Below, piece after piece: positions 14,488-28,167 of a DNA stretch of 64,000 nt. The translations under genes were made by a program, and so were the position numbers. Where the stretch lies: NCBI GenBank assembly GCA_043381765.1, contig JBHJMP010000595.1, forward strand, positions 1 through 64,000, written 5' to 3'. Every line of letters starts with the position of its first letter. Position 1 is the first letter of the stretch. The DNA comes from Collodictyon triciliatum (Eukaryota). The notes under the pieces are model-generated. The model saw only the letters and a list, made by a program, of their open reading frames with translations, ran no database searches and had not been told where the DNA came from.

Positions 14488-16543
14488 TCAATGGAAACTC
14501 ATTCGAACTAGGAAATGAGAGAAAAATTCTTGGAAGATGACAAGCGCATTACAAAAATATTGGGAGAAAATGACACTCGCATCAGAAACTTGGAGGCAGA
14601 TATACGACAAGTAATTTTTAATTCAGCATGTATGATGTATGTAATACCCACTTTTTTTATCCCAAACCTTTGGGTGCGGTTACCTTATCATATATTCTTT
14701 TATTTCCTTTGGCAAAACTTTGCATCTTATTGGTCTTGATATATGCGTGTGTGGTTATAGCTTGACGAAGACCGCAATCTGCAAGTTTCTGACCTCAATC
14801 GGACGATTGACCAACTCAAACATCAACTTGACGAAGTAATTTTTATATGTATATTTCACAATGTATTGCAGCACATCACAATCCTTTTGATTTTTTTTTA
14901 TGTGCCACACGTTTTTGTTTTTTTTTTTGGTACATATGTTTGTAAATATGCAATAATATCACACTTTGTAGGCATATGAGGATTCTCAGAAAAGGGAAGA
15001 AGAGATGCGCATCGAGCGAGAGCGAGTGTTGAAGGAACGAGAGTAAGTATTCAAATCAATTCTATTAAATATCACACGTGTATAGAAGTATTCACCTTTG
15101 TGAATCCTCGATGGACTTCTCTTTTACTGCAACTGATATGTTTGCTCATTTCATTACCCGCTTTCCGCAGCGAAATGGTCAAAAAGCAAAAGGACGAAAC
15201 TCAATTGGTCATTCAGCGATACAATGAAGTATCTGGAAAAAGCTCTGAAGCAGCGAGTGCGGTACGGATACTATATTTTGATAGCAAGATAGAAATAAGG
15301 ATGTAGTCTTCCCCAAAAACCTACAAGTAGATTGTTAGTGAGATATCTCCTTGTAGTTCAACAGCGAAATTGCAAGATTGACTGGTGTAATAGAAGGGAA
15401 AGACCAAGAAATCGACAAAGTTCGACGGGACTGTACTCAAAGGATGGATGAGATGCGAATGAAGCATGACGAAGAAATGCGGAGAAAAATGGGCGATAAG
15501 CAGCTTCAAGTATTATGATAATTATTATAAATTTATTCACGATTTATGGGATTACTGGCGAATAAATTCATTTAAACAAATATCGACACTAGTACTGAAC
15601 AATATCACAAATGCAATATCAGTATGAAAATCTTCAAGCTCGAACAACCGCATTGGAAAAGGAAAAAATCGAATACCGGAATAAATCCGACAAGGAGAAA
15701 GGAGAGGTGAACACAAGCACCTCTTTCACGCAACCGTCCACCTTTACGAATCATAATCGCCTCTAACGAATTATAATACCGGTATTAGCAACAACAATAT
15801 TAATGAACCGGGATTTGCTATAGCTGCAAGCGCAGATTGAGAAATTGAACCGTCGGATTGAGGAGATGAGCGCCACACTGTCCAGCTCCGATGTTCCAAA
15901 GATTGAATTCTTTTTGCAGGAATCAGCGCAAGTAAGTATAACAAGTTATTTAGACTGCCACGGATGGTTCGCTTATTCACACGGGATACTTTGCATCAGC
16001 CCGTTTAATCTATTATTTTTTTTCAAAAGTTTGAGTGACAATGGCTTTTAATAGCTCTCGGATTTAACTTTGATAGTGTTGTTGATATTTCTGGCTCGTA
16101 GGTCCTGAGCCTGCTGCAGCAGACAGCAAAGAAGACCCGGGAGGTAAAAGCATCCCTGCGCAGCGGCGGAGTCGTCTCTGTGGATTCCGTTCGAACATAC
16201 ACCACCGACACGCTTGTCCTGCTGCGCGATTGTGCCAACCACCTGGAAAAGACTTTATCCACCATCGCGTCTGACTCGCAGAGGCACCATCTCGGTAAGC
16301 AGCGACAGCCAGCTTTGTGCTGCTCCGCATCCCACGCTTTCGATGCGAGGGAGAGGGACATGAGGGGAAAGAAGTCTGTGTGTGTGTGTGTCTGTCCGAA
16401 CACCCTTTTCATACTCACGAAATGCTTGTTTGGCTCAAGGTTTGCGGAGCGCCAACCCATCCGACGCCGACTCGCAGGAGAAACTCGCCCGGCTGCGTGA
16501 TTCGTATGCAAAGTTCTGGCAGGAACTGGACACATCTGCGTGA
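5872..16543 (+). CDS. Large multi-exon protein: N-terminal CH-like domain, helical (ARM-like) region, WD40 propeller, long C-terminal coiled coil
   Basis: Frame traced across many short introns. N-terminus MEVRGEIGSWLKRL...FNWDVLSRELKRIGIPL. WD repeats: LFSAGKDVKILEWD, GHSNIIRCLL...LWSGSDDTSIRVWD, GHQASVISLA...VWSASLDRTIRVWN. E/K/R-rich coiled coil about 12150-15900. Stop TGA at 16541-16543. Confidence 0.75.
6193..6303. repeat. (GTT)n/(ATT)n intronic microsatellite
   Basis: Read directly. Confidence 0.95.
14391..14487. repeat. (ATT)n intronic microsatellite
   Basis: Read directly. Confidence 0.95.
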
Positions 16544-17025
16544 TTGCAGCCCTGCCGCTTCTCTGGGGCGCTTGTGCAGCAGGGTGAATCCCGTGCTGGT
16601 CTGGGCTTCTGGGTGGATAGATAGTGCCCGCCAGCCCTCGGGCCCCCATGTCTCGGCACAACAGAACAGAACAAAGCAGAACAGAAAGAAAGAGAGAAAC
16701 AAGATATACACTCACTCCTTTATGACCCATAAAACACACGTCCACTGTTTGTGACAAAATGATATCCATCGCCGCCGAATGAACAGTTGCACCTGCTCGC
16801 AGCGAAGTGTTGCTGTCGACGGTCGAGGCGTCCTTTGTCACCGTTTTCTTCCTTTCGGCTTTCTCTTTTGAAGTGGCTGCTTTGGTTGCGATATCCTTTA
16901 TGGAGATGGTGGCCGCTTTGAAGCCGGTTAGTGACGTTGCCAGGAAGGAGACGAGTATACTTTGGTGCGTGTTTGTGTGTGTGTATAATTTGAAGGAGAG
17001 TCTGTGCGTCGGCGCCGGCGGGTGT

Positions 17026-20000
17026 TTATGATAGGAAAACTGTCAACGTCCCTTTGCTTTTCTTCTTGCGGTCGAGAACCTTGTAGGTCGCCTCTCCCTT
17101 CGAGGTGATGTCGATGACCGTGCTTCCAATCAGCACGTCCGACGTGGGGTTGTTTGCGTCGTACAGATAGAGGGCACAGCTCCTGGATGGGGTGTTGAGG
17201 ACGAATGACTCGTTCCAGCGGACCTCGGGCTGGATAGAGTTTGAAACGGTAAGCGGCTCATTTCGAAGACTTTTTTTCATTTTTATTTCCCTTTGTATTA
17301 TCATTGTACTGCATTCATCCAGGATTGTTACTTGTGGACATATGTCACAATTGCAGTCAGCTCGTATTTTCAGGAAATTTCATTCAAAATAAATATAAAG
17401 AATGTAAAAATAAATAAAAATAAGAAAAAAAACTGCTTGTTGTTTGAGTGAGCTACCGTACTTTGGCATCATGGTGAATGGAAGTAAATTGCTGCTCAGT
17501 CCCAGAGTCGATCAAAAAGTAAAGGTCTTGTTTTTTATCAGGCTTTTGTTTCTGGTTACATAGAAAATAAGAAAAAAAAATCCATAATTAGTTGCTATTG
17601 GTTTGCGGATTTAGTCTAAAGGAATACCGTGTGATTTACGAGACTTGTCCAGTAATAAATAGAATCTAAAAGATCGTGACATTATATTGAATTGCCAAGT
17701 GACTTGTTTTGTTACATATTTAAATTGCCGGATGCACAATTCGTTCTTTCCGCGGAGTGAGCCCTGACTCTTGCTTCCATTCACCAAGTTAATCGATGAT
17801 GTTCCCGGCTTTTTTCCCATTTATGCAAAGGAAGAAGAAAAAAGAAACGAGTCATTTAGATATCCAATATCACTCATCTACTTTTTTACATTTAATTTGA
17901 AGGCTTCATCATCAACACATGCATTTTTGAAAAGGAGCGAGACTACGCAGTGCAGAATTTAGTATATGGTCATAGTGATATCTCGCATGCATTTATTTCT
18001 AACCTTGTCGCCTTGAGACTGCGTCAACAGCGTAGAAGTCATGATTGGGGAATGATTCATGCCTGACGAGTATAAATAAAGACTTTGAAACAATTGAACT
18101 TTTAACATTGAATAAATATGTAAATATTGATGCGGAACAAGGGTATCATAATGGCAACAGATTCAGATGCCCACTTTGTTCATTTTTGATCGACAATAAC
18201 GATGTGGACGAGGATGTTAGACCCCGAGCACTTGCAGAGATAGGCTTTTGTGGGATTCCGAAGGATGTGCTCGTTGAAGACGTTTGTAATTGGGCATTCA
18301 GCTGTGGTTGTTGTTGTGGCTGTGGTTGTGGTTGTGGTTGTGGCTGTGGAGGAGGTCGCTGTGGTGCACTATTTGATTGCGATGTCGGACTCGGAATCGG
18401 TGCCACAGCAGGCTTTGGCTCTGGGGCGACAACCGGTAACGGCGATGATTCCACTTTGAGGATAGATGCAGGCTTTGCTGCCTCTGGTTTAGGCAGCGGT
18501 GGAGGGCTCTTAAGTCTAGTCTTCTCTTCCAGCTTTGCAGTGATGGCATTGACCCTTTCTGTGGAGGAGAACGAATGTGTTATTGCAGCATCCTTCTCCA
18601 CTGGGGCGGAGTTTGACACTGGGACTGGCACCTGTGCTGGTGCGGGTTTTGGCGCCGGAATGGGATTTGGTGCTGGGATAGGCGGCTGTGGTGGGATGGC
18701 ATTCGAGGTGGGTGCAGGGATAGCGACAGAGCGGGAAATCTGTGTGGGAGTTGGATTTGGTCTCTGGTTGGGCTGAACTTGCGGTCCGGGTACTTGCTGG
18801 GCAGGTACTTGCATGACCCACTTCTTCAACTGCTCCTCCTTCGCGGCATCCCGCGCAGCAATATCAATCTGTTCCTGGCCCTGTGTAGTTTTCTGTATCG
18901 AGCAAAGTTACAAAAATGGGCAAGTAATGTGTACATAAGAAGCAGAACAAAAAAAAAATAAAAAAATAAAAAAAATAAAAGAGAAGTGATCGAGAGATTG
19001 AAAGAGAATGGATTAAGTGCGAAATGGGCGCAAAATACACCAACCCTGAATCTGTATGACATGCGCAGCTGGACAGAGGAGCCGGATGCCGACCCAGTCA
19101 CAGAGCCGTCATCTCGATCGGATGGCTCTCGATAGGCAGTCTGGCCAGGAATATGCTGCGCATTAGCCGATAGCGGCAGCCCCGAGACCCACAGTCCAGA
19201 TCGCGCAGAAACGCTTCGCGGCGTTACAGATCCGGCCGATGCAGGGTAAAAGCGCTGGTCAGGCGCATACGCATCGCCCGCAGCACCGATCGACGAGGTT
19301 GTCTCCCAGTCGGCCGGTCGGCCGGATGCAACCACATAAGCGCTGTTTGGTGTCACAAACGCCCCCGATGGCGATGCCACAGGCACAGAGGGTGCGAAGG
19401 AGTACTGGAAGGCAGGGCGAGCCGCAGCCTGCGGGAACGGCCGCGTTTGCGGATAGGGAAGGGCGCTTGCGGAGGCGGCGCGGCTGTTGCTGCGGCTGCT
19501 GTTGAAGGACGAGGCCGATGCGGAGCTGAGAGCGTCTGCGTCGGGCGGATACGCGCCGTGGAAGTGATTGTAGAAGCTGCCTGTGCTGGGAGCTGGAGGC
19601 TCGGCGAGTGGGCCAACCAATCCCTGTGTTGGTGGTGTTATCTGCGTTGTTGCAGGCGTCGCCAAGGGCTGTGGACGCGGAGGCAGCACAATGACCTCGG
19701 CCAGGTTTGCGGCTGGCGCAGGCATTTCACTGCCGGCTGCCACTCGGCTGGGCCCAAAGACCGGCATGTGAATCGGCTCCACAGCCCCAAAGCGGGGATT
19801 GTCTGGCGGCTGTGTTTCTGCGCTTGCGCCGGAGACCCAAGCGGAACTCAGCGCCTGGGACACGGCTCGCGCGCTGCCGATGGCCGGCCCGGCTCCTTGT
19901 CCAGAGATTCGGATTCCTGGGGCCCCGTACGGCACAAATATGGGACTCGGGCTGGGTCGGGCGAGATGCTGTGGACTTGGGCTTGGTGCTTGGGCTTGGG

Positions 20001-20634
20001 TTTGAGTTTGGGGTTGGATGGGCGAGTAAGGGATGTGGCCCGACGAAACTGGTATTTGGACAGGCGGCTGCACCCCTCGTGGGCTTGGCTGTGGCGTAGA
20101 CTGGGGTCTGTACTGCCCGGTCGATGGTTGCATCTGACCAGATGCTGGTAACACTTGAACAGAGCGTGGCGTGTACTGCTCAGATGGCGGTGGTATTTGG
20201 CTGGACAGGACATGTATTTGGCTGGACGATGGTGGGGTTTGACTCGACCAGGATGATATATGGGAGGACGAGAATTGCAGTTGAGGGGGTTGCGTGACTT
20301 CTCGTGGGCTTGGCTGCGGCGTGAGCTGTGGAGTGTACTGGCTCGACGGACGGAATATGATGTGCGGGCTTGGGTTGGGGTTCTGGTTCTGGTATGGTAC
20401 GGGAGTTGAGGCGGATGGGTTTGCGGCTGGGCGGAAGACTACGCTGGGACTGGGTTGCGGCTGGGCTGGTTGGAAGTGTGGGTTACGCCCCACCATTTGG
20501 CTGGCCGGCAGCATGGCAGAGGTCTGGCCAATTGGAAGAGAGAGAGCTCTGTTAGAAAACGGACTGGATAGTTGTGGGTGTGGTGGACGTGCTGTCAAAG
20601 AAAGATACTTGAAGAAAAATGAGGTTGTTTTCAT
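17026..20634 (-). CDS. Pro/Ser/Gln-rich low-complexity protein with C-terminal C2 domain
   Basis: Two long P/Q/S-rich exons splice in frame into short exons ending DLYFLIDSG...PEVRWNESFVLN...LYLYDANNPTSDVLIGSTVIDI...KSKGTLTV (C2 motifs P.WNE.F and D.LIG...I). Start is 20634 or 20514. An extra 3' exon below 16960 is possible. Confidence 0.75.
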
Positions 20635-20745
20635 ACGTTGTTTTTTTTTATATATATGTTTTTAGTTTTTTTTTAAATGTTTGTTTGAAATATTTTATGT
20701 TTTTTGTTTGTTTTTTTAAAAAAAAAAATGTTTAAAATATTTTAA

Positions 20746-20785
20746 GATATCAATATATACTTAATATTAAGTATATATTGATATC
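20746..20785. repeat. Perfect 40-bp palindrome (GATATCAATATATACTTAAT|ATTAAGTATATATTGATATC)
   Basis: The two 20-nt arms are exact reverse complements with no spacer. Confidence 0.92.
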
Positions 20786-21057
20786 ATTTGATGTTTTCTT
20801 TGGCTTTTTTGAGTGTTTTACAGTTTTTTGATCGTATGATTGTTTCTGTCTGGAGGCGGCAGGGATGGTGATTGTTCTATGAGCTGTTTTGGGCGTATAG
20901 ACCTATTGTGGAAAATAAAGATTTTTTTCTTGGCGGCACTACAGCAACAAACCATGCATCTCATACCACAAGTCGCGTTGTGCTCGCATTGCACATGTTT
21001 CGTGGGTTGCCCACCAACAACTGCGCCCTTTGTTTTTATTGTGCGTTTTAAGCATGC

Positions 21058-22018
<961 letters not shown>

Positions 22019-22564
22019 TTATTATGTTAGAAAGGGTGCATTTGCTGGCCCCCCAGTTTTTTTCGGTTCTTTTTTTCTTTTTCTTTTTGATGGCTGCTTT
22101 CGCTCAGTGGCTTCGAATCGTAGCCTGTGATGACGGAGAAGCAAGAGGCGGTGTCTGTGTTGGTGATCCTGTTGATGTTGTTTGAGGCTGCAGTTTTTGT
22201 GATTCGTGCTAGTTCAATGAAAAATCGAGCCTGATTCGCTAAAGCCAAACGGTGAGTGCAATTTATCGAAAAAATTATAACGCTATGTATAAAAATAATA
22301 ATTAGTATATATGACATGAATTGCGTTCAACATATCGGCAATAAACATGCTGATATATATTTTCCATAAATAATATTTTGACATCAGACAACCTGATTTG
22401 GTATTCTTGGTATGTTCTCTCTTTTTTTTGTTGACGGAATCATCCAAGAAAGCACTCTGTATAAAACCAAAAGCGGGGGTGATTTCGGCAAGGCTGTGGC
22501 ATTGTCATCACAAGCAAAGCGATAAGAATCACATCCGCAACATGGACATGTCATTGAAAACTAG

Positions 22565-24647
22565 TGGAGTTGTCACTAAAGACCATAATTAAGCAGGGCA
22601 TACCAACACTCAAACCAAAACACAATGTCGACCGAAAAGAGCATCCGGCTATACAAAGTGCCTTTCGGTATGTGGGAGCGAGCGCGCGGTGTGTTTTCGT
22701 CAAAAAATAGCTGTGCATCCAACTTTGTGATTTCCTCGCTGAATAAGGTATGATTTTCGCACGCATCTATTGTCAGTCTAGTGAGCCAACTATTGGTCCA
22801 CCAACCATGCAAGGCTAGCGACCGCATCGTTTCAAAATTCATATTTTTATGCTTATGTATGTTATTGTCCTGAACTGCTTCTTTCCTCATTTATTGAAAA
22901 AGTCACCCTGCATCGACGGCGACAGTTTGGGAGAGACTTCCCGTCCTAGTAGAAATGAAGCAGTCACTAAAAGGGGGCTCAGGTGCTCGAACTGTAGTGT
23001 TGACTTTGAGAATCTTATGGAACAACGCCAGCACTTCAAGTCTGACTGGCACATGTATTTGTTTTTATTTTTATTATTTTTTTTTTAAAAAAAAAGGCGC
23101 TTCTTATACTGAAGTCATTCCATAAATTTAATTTGGATAGTTTTTCAAACTTTCACTCAAGAGCTTTAACTGTGTCGCGGTAGGCACAATATCAAACGAA
23201 GATTGGGAAATATGGAAGCGGTAACGTTCGAGAGATTCCTCAGGCCCTCGGAAGATTACCCACACGACGCTGGACAAATATCCCCTGATAATACATACAA
23301 TCCTGGTGAGACAGAAATCAAGAATAGCATAGGGTCACCATTCATCACTTTCACAAATGTCATGGGAAAAACTTTGAAAATGTATCGACAAGTGGTTCAT
23401 CATTCAAAAACGGTACGATATGCTTAGTTGGTAGTATATTCCATGAATGGTCATTATCACGACGTCCTTGTCGAGAATTTATGTCATCAAATCAGACGCA
23501 CCAACCTATGTTAAATATAGGGCCTTGATGACGCCCTTAGTACAATGATAGAGGTTTCCATGCATGCGTCAAGGTATCTTCCCCTGTTTGTAAAAATATG
23601 GCATATTGTTAGGCAACTCATATGTTAAAATTGGTAGATAATCGAAAGAAGATACACAGGACCGAAAAATAAATGTTTTTTTTTTTTGATAAGGAAGTCA
23701 AAGAATACACCATTCATGCAATCCTTGACGTATATCCCGTGGAAGTGGGCAGTATTGATGAACAGTGGAGGCCACTTTGCGAGTGGTGTGTTTCTAAAGG
23801 TATTCACCTTATGTCAGAAACGATGAAAATAGACCTCGTATTTTTATTTTACTGTTATTGCACAACTATACACACTATACTTATTCAATTACCACCAAAT
23901 GCCCGATAGGACCAAGTTGTCTGTCACAAAACATATCATCGGTATACAGTTCGCAAAAAAGCAGGTGGCACGCAGTCAACCCATGACGGAAAAGGGAAGA
24001 AGGCGAAGTCTGCAGGTGCTTGGATACGGAGAAACAACGAAGTGTCTTTGCAAGAGGTTCCCAACATACTATTTCTTATTCTCTACGAAGACAGCAACCC
24101 GCTCTTTTTTTTAAAAGAAAATAAATTAAAATTACATATTGATGGTTGGAGTTTCAAATAAATCTATATTAAAACACATCATCGCATTTGTAGGATATTG
24201 AAAAATGGTTATTGGATCACGCAAAAGATTTATTCGACTGCCAGCTTGTTTTTATACATGCACCTACAATAAATCGGAATCCTATAAACAAAGGGCTGGA
24301 AAAATTCATGAAGAAAGGTAAATATCGCGCTACGTGATTAATCATTATTTTTCATAGCTTAAAATGAAATTGTCTCTGGTCGGAACGTATACATTGGTAT
24401 TTACATGGATAAAGGCGTGCCTTTGGGGAAAAAAATATGGCTATCTTGTGTTAGAATCATCCGAATCGTGTTTATCCTTGTGTAGATTTCTTTAGAGCAA
24501 ATATGAACAACCTTGTAAATGATCTAATGCCAGCTTAACTTCATAGATGACGACAGGATACGCTCTATACCATTTACCACCACCCGTCCAACTTTTGCGG
24601 AAGTGAAGCGAGTTTATGAAAGACTGTCAACAATACACTTTTCATAG
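22565..24647 (+). CDS. ANKZF1: Vms1/ANKZF1-family peptidyl-tRNA release/tRNA-cleaving factor (C2H2 Zn finger + VLRF1); 5' end unresolved
   Basis: CSNCSVDFENLMEQRQHFKSDWH|HNIKRR, WAVLMNSGGHFASGVF, HKTYHRYTVRKKAGGTQS, KSAGAWIRRNNE, IRSIPFTTTRPTFAEVKRV. Stop TAG at 24645-24647. Confidence 0.9.
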
Positions 24648-26008
24648 CTTATTAAATAGGGCATATCCCAGCTTCGGTTACGTCGCAAACTTCTTCGTCA
24701 TCTCCTTCTCTTCTCTCTTCTTAATGTTGATTTAATTGTGGCTTGTCTTTCGAAAAAGGTCAGGTTTATTCAGTAAACTGAAAGAACATGGGCGGATGAA
24801 TTCGCTTGTGTGATGCAGAACTGCGGAATGAGAATCATAAACATAACACTTGCAAAACCGATTCATTTTTGGTTCTTTCCGACGCTCAAGATGCACCCAC
24901 TGACTCATCGCACCCTTTGAATCCGAATGACAAGCGACACCCCAATCAATCCATACTTGAGCATCCAAATAAGGGGGAGTCTTTGTCAGCACCACCCCAA
25001 AATGCAGCTTCTCTTTTCATTCATTCATTCATCAAAACTATTTTGTTTATTCTTAATTACCCTGTGAGTCTCGATTTGCTGATAAAAATAGATTGGATAG
25101 TGCACGAAGGGATGGCCATATAAGGTGGGGTTAATGGATGAGCAAAGGCCTTTCCTGGTAGGGAATGCACCGACCAATCGGATCAACCAATCCCTTGACC
25201 AGAGAGCAACCGAGCAGACCAATGAGCATGAGCATCGGGGCACAACATAGAGATGTATGGTAAAAGACGATTCTGAGGAAAAGACCATATGTGTATTGGC
25301 TCAGGAGCTGCACAGGTCTTTTTCGACTTCTTGGATGTAAAGTGACATGGCGATGACTGAGTGCTTGTCGGATTTTTTTTTTTTTAGAAACCCCTTTGTT
25401 TGTCTTTGCTTTGATTGTGTCGAACTGGGCGATGCGTGATTCTGGTTAGCCGTTTGATGGTTGTTAGAGTTGATTCTTTCTGATCCTGTTTGGGATCCAT
25501 AGTTGCGGATACTTAAAGCACCAACCGATCCCTAGAAAGATCCGCCATGCATCCAATAGGCCACTGGTCAAAAAATAGGCTGAGCCATTGTGGAGATGTA
25601 CATCACTTACTGTTTATTGAGCTTAATCAATACTGATAGGATTGCCACACTTTCACTCCTTGAGAATCTGATGCCCTCTGATGTGTATTGTGTTACGGAA
25701 ATATGATTCGGGTGGATCGGATAACTTGCCGTTTTTTCCCTAGTACTGGCGGCATGTTTAAATCGAATCTCTGAATTAAAACTGGCTTTGCCGACACAGT
25801 TATTGGTGGAGGAAAACTGTAGGCTCTTTTCAACAGATTATGTTGGAAGAGTGGCGAAGTGGGCTTTAACGTGGCGGAGGGATTTTCGATGTGTAACTTG
25901 GTTGAGGTTTAAGAAACTGGTCTATATTGAAGAATTAATATATTCTTTCTTTCTTTCACATAGAACCTAGTGCAGGAGGAAGAAGACCAAGAAAATCTCA
26001 TCCTAGCC

Positions 26009-26833
26009 ATGAACACTGAAAGTTTCCAGAGACAGTTAGAGCAAAATAACAAATTCTATGCCACCCCAATTCTACCACCAGTATCAGACCAAACAAGAGC
26101 TGAACAGCAATCACTGCTTGCTCACCAATACCAAAATTCACCAATACCTCAATCATGGGCCACTCTTTTGTCACAATTGCAGATTCAGTTGCAGATCCAA
26201 AGTCATCTTCAGTCTCTGTTACACTCACAAATGCCTTTGCAGCATATACACGGAGCAACTCAACAGCAATTACCACACAGAGATGCGCAGCCGCAACGGA
26301 GGACCCAATATCAACCCCAAACACAACAAAGTCAGCGCCAAATTGCTTCGTATCCAACACTAAGCACACCTCAGCCGCATTTTTCTTTGCCATCAATGCT
26401 TTTACACCCGCCAGACCAGGCATATTGCGACAAAGATGCACAAAATAGAAGCTATCCTTTGTCTCCTGATATTCGGACACCAAACATTCTCCAGCCAAGA
26501 GCAGTACCCCAATTCGAGAGTATGGTTCCGTTTGTAGTAAATAACATCAAGCAAGACCAACGCGATGCTGCAAGCGCTTTCCGATCCGATGCCAGCGGAA
26601 AGAGCGTCCACATCCGAAAGAAAACAACACCATACAACTCGTTTGTCATATACATGTTGGCTCATCGAGAGCAAGTTCACAAAGGGGATCCGTTTCTGAC
26701 CAACAAAGAGATTGTAAAGCAACTTGCAACTGAATGGAAGCAAGTCCCATCTCTGTTGAAGTTACAGTATAAGAAACTAGCAAAGGACCTCACTAAATAC
26801 CGAGTGCAGCACAGTCCATCGTGTGTAGAATGA
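26009..26833 (+). CDS. HMG-box protein 1 (Q/P-rich N-terminus, single C-terminal HMG box), intronless
   Basis: KKTTPYNSFVIYMLAHREQVHKGDPFLTNKEIVKQLATEWKQVPSLLKLQYKKLA fits the HMG box (P.N.F..Y...R......P...N.EI.K.L...W.......K..Y..LA). First ATG is at 26009; the frame is open from 25964. Confidence 0.85.
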   Translation: MNTESFQRQLEQNNKFYATPILPPVSDQTRAEQQSLLAHQYQNSPIPQSWATLLSQLQIQLQIQSHLQSLLHSQMPLQHIHGATQQQLPHRDAQPQRRTQYQPQTQQSQRQIASYPTLSTPQPHFSLPSMLLHPPDQAYCDKDAQNRSYPLSPDIRTPNILQPRAVPQFESMVPFVVNNIKQDQRDAASAFRSDASGKSVHIRKKTTPYNSFVIYMLAHREQVHKGDPFLTNKEIVKQLATEWKQVPSLLKLQYKKLAKDLTKYRVQHSPSCVE

Positions 26834-28167
26834 ATGATGATTTGACGAAAGATATTGTGGCCTTCCCTGGCTAATGCTCCTTCAGTTGCACTCATTCTCT
26901 CTTCGCCATCAGCCACACTTTGCCGCGCTCGTGGCTCATAAACATTTGTCCTCGCAGAAGGCGACCGGATTATATTTCATGTTGCTGTGCCAAAGGGGTA
27001 AACTCGCAGGCGAAATAGCGGTGTTAGCTCTGGGGAAGTTAATCGCATGACGCATGATTTTTTTCAGATGGTTTGAGTGGATATATGCTGAAACGGATCG
27101 AATATGTTGTCGAATTTTGCATTCAGATATTTTCCAGATATGAAAGGGATACCACACAACCATATATTGTCATATGTCTTGAAAAGGATAAGTGGTGTGC
27201 CAAGCTCATCCAAGTTAGGGATGCCGTGGGGCACGTTTTTCCAGTTTCGTCGAGTTAGTGGTAATATGGAAATGTGAAGTAATACCTCATTTGTCCTCTT
27301 GATGCGCTTCGTGACGGCAAGTGACGAACAAAATGCACAACGCGCACTTCACTATCTAAAACAGGTGACGTGGTATCGTGGACAGCAACAGAAAATGCAG
27401 AAATAAGTCGGAAATTGGCTTGGGATGTTTCTTAATTAGAATTCCGTAAGTGCATCGAAAGGACGAATTAGGCTTCCCCACAATCATAACTATGTATGTC
27501 GGGTGCTATAATTACTACGATAAATTTCTAAAGAAAAAAACTATGGCAAATACCCCGGCAGCTTTTCGACCATAGGAATCATGAAACACATCGTTCATAC
27601 CATATATGCAGACGAAAATGTGAATCAAATCCAAATAAGGGATAGTATAATGAGCAAATTCCAATCAGGGATAGTAGATGGTAAGCCTGTCGACTTGTAT
27701 GCGTGTAGTACTAAGTGCAGCACTTCTTTAAGAACCTGGTTAGGATTTTTTTCTCCTTTTCTCGTCCGTAGAGCCACGGCAACAAAAATTTCAATAGACA
27801 AAGACACACACACACACGCAACCATATAAACAGCAATGCAAGAGTGAAACAACAACATCGAACCACGAACCAACAAATTTAGATTGATTGGTTGATTGGT
27901 TGACTTCATTTCCGCCAAGAAAACAACAGGAAAAGTTGGACCGGGGGATATATAAATTTCTCCAACAAACAGTGTAGCATCCGATTGAAACCACCGAAAA
28001 TCAGCGGAAAACAAAGTATTGGCCATCAGCCCAGAAATCGATTAATCCGCCCACCAAACATATCGCCACAGCGACTAATCCGCAGACTAATCTCTTTTTA
28101 CCCTCAACCCCACTCCAGCGAGCAACACCGAGCCAAAGGCGAGCAGCAATCCAAGAAGAGTCTCTGC

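Noticed and set aside
18045..20665. Plus-strand ORFs antisense to the Pro-rich C2 gene (also those opposite the transporter, kinase and HMG genes)
   Set aside because: Shadow ORFs of GC-rich coding sequence with no independent motifs.
24732..25340. Short ORFs upstream of HMG gene 1 as a third paralogue or separate gene
   Set aside because: No HMG or other motif and no consistent splice model. Left as non-coding or unknown.
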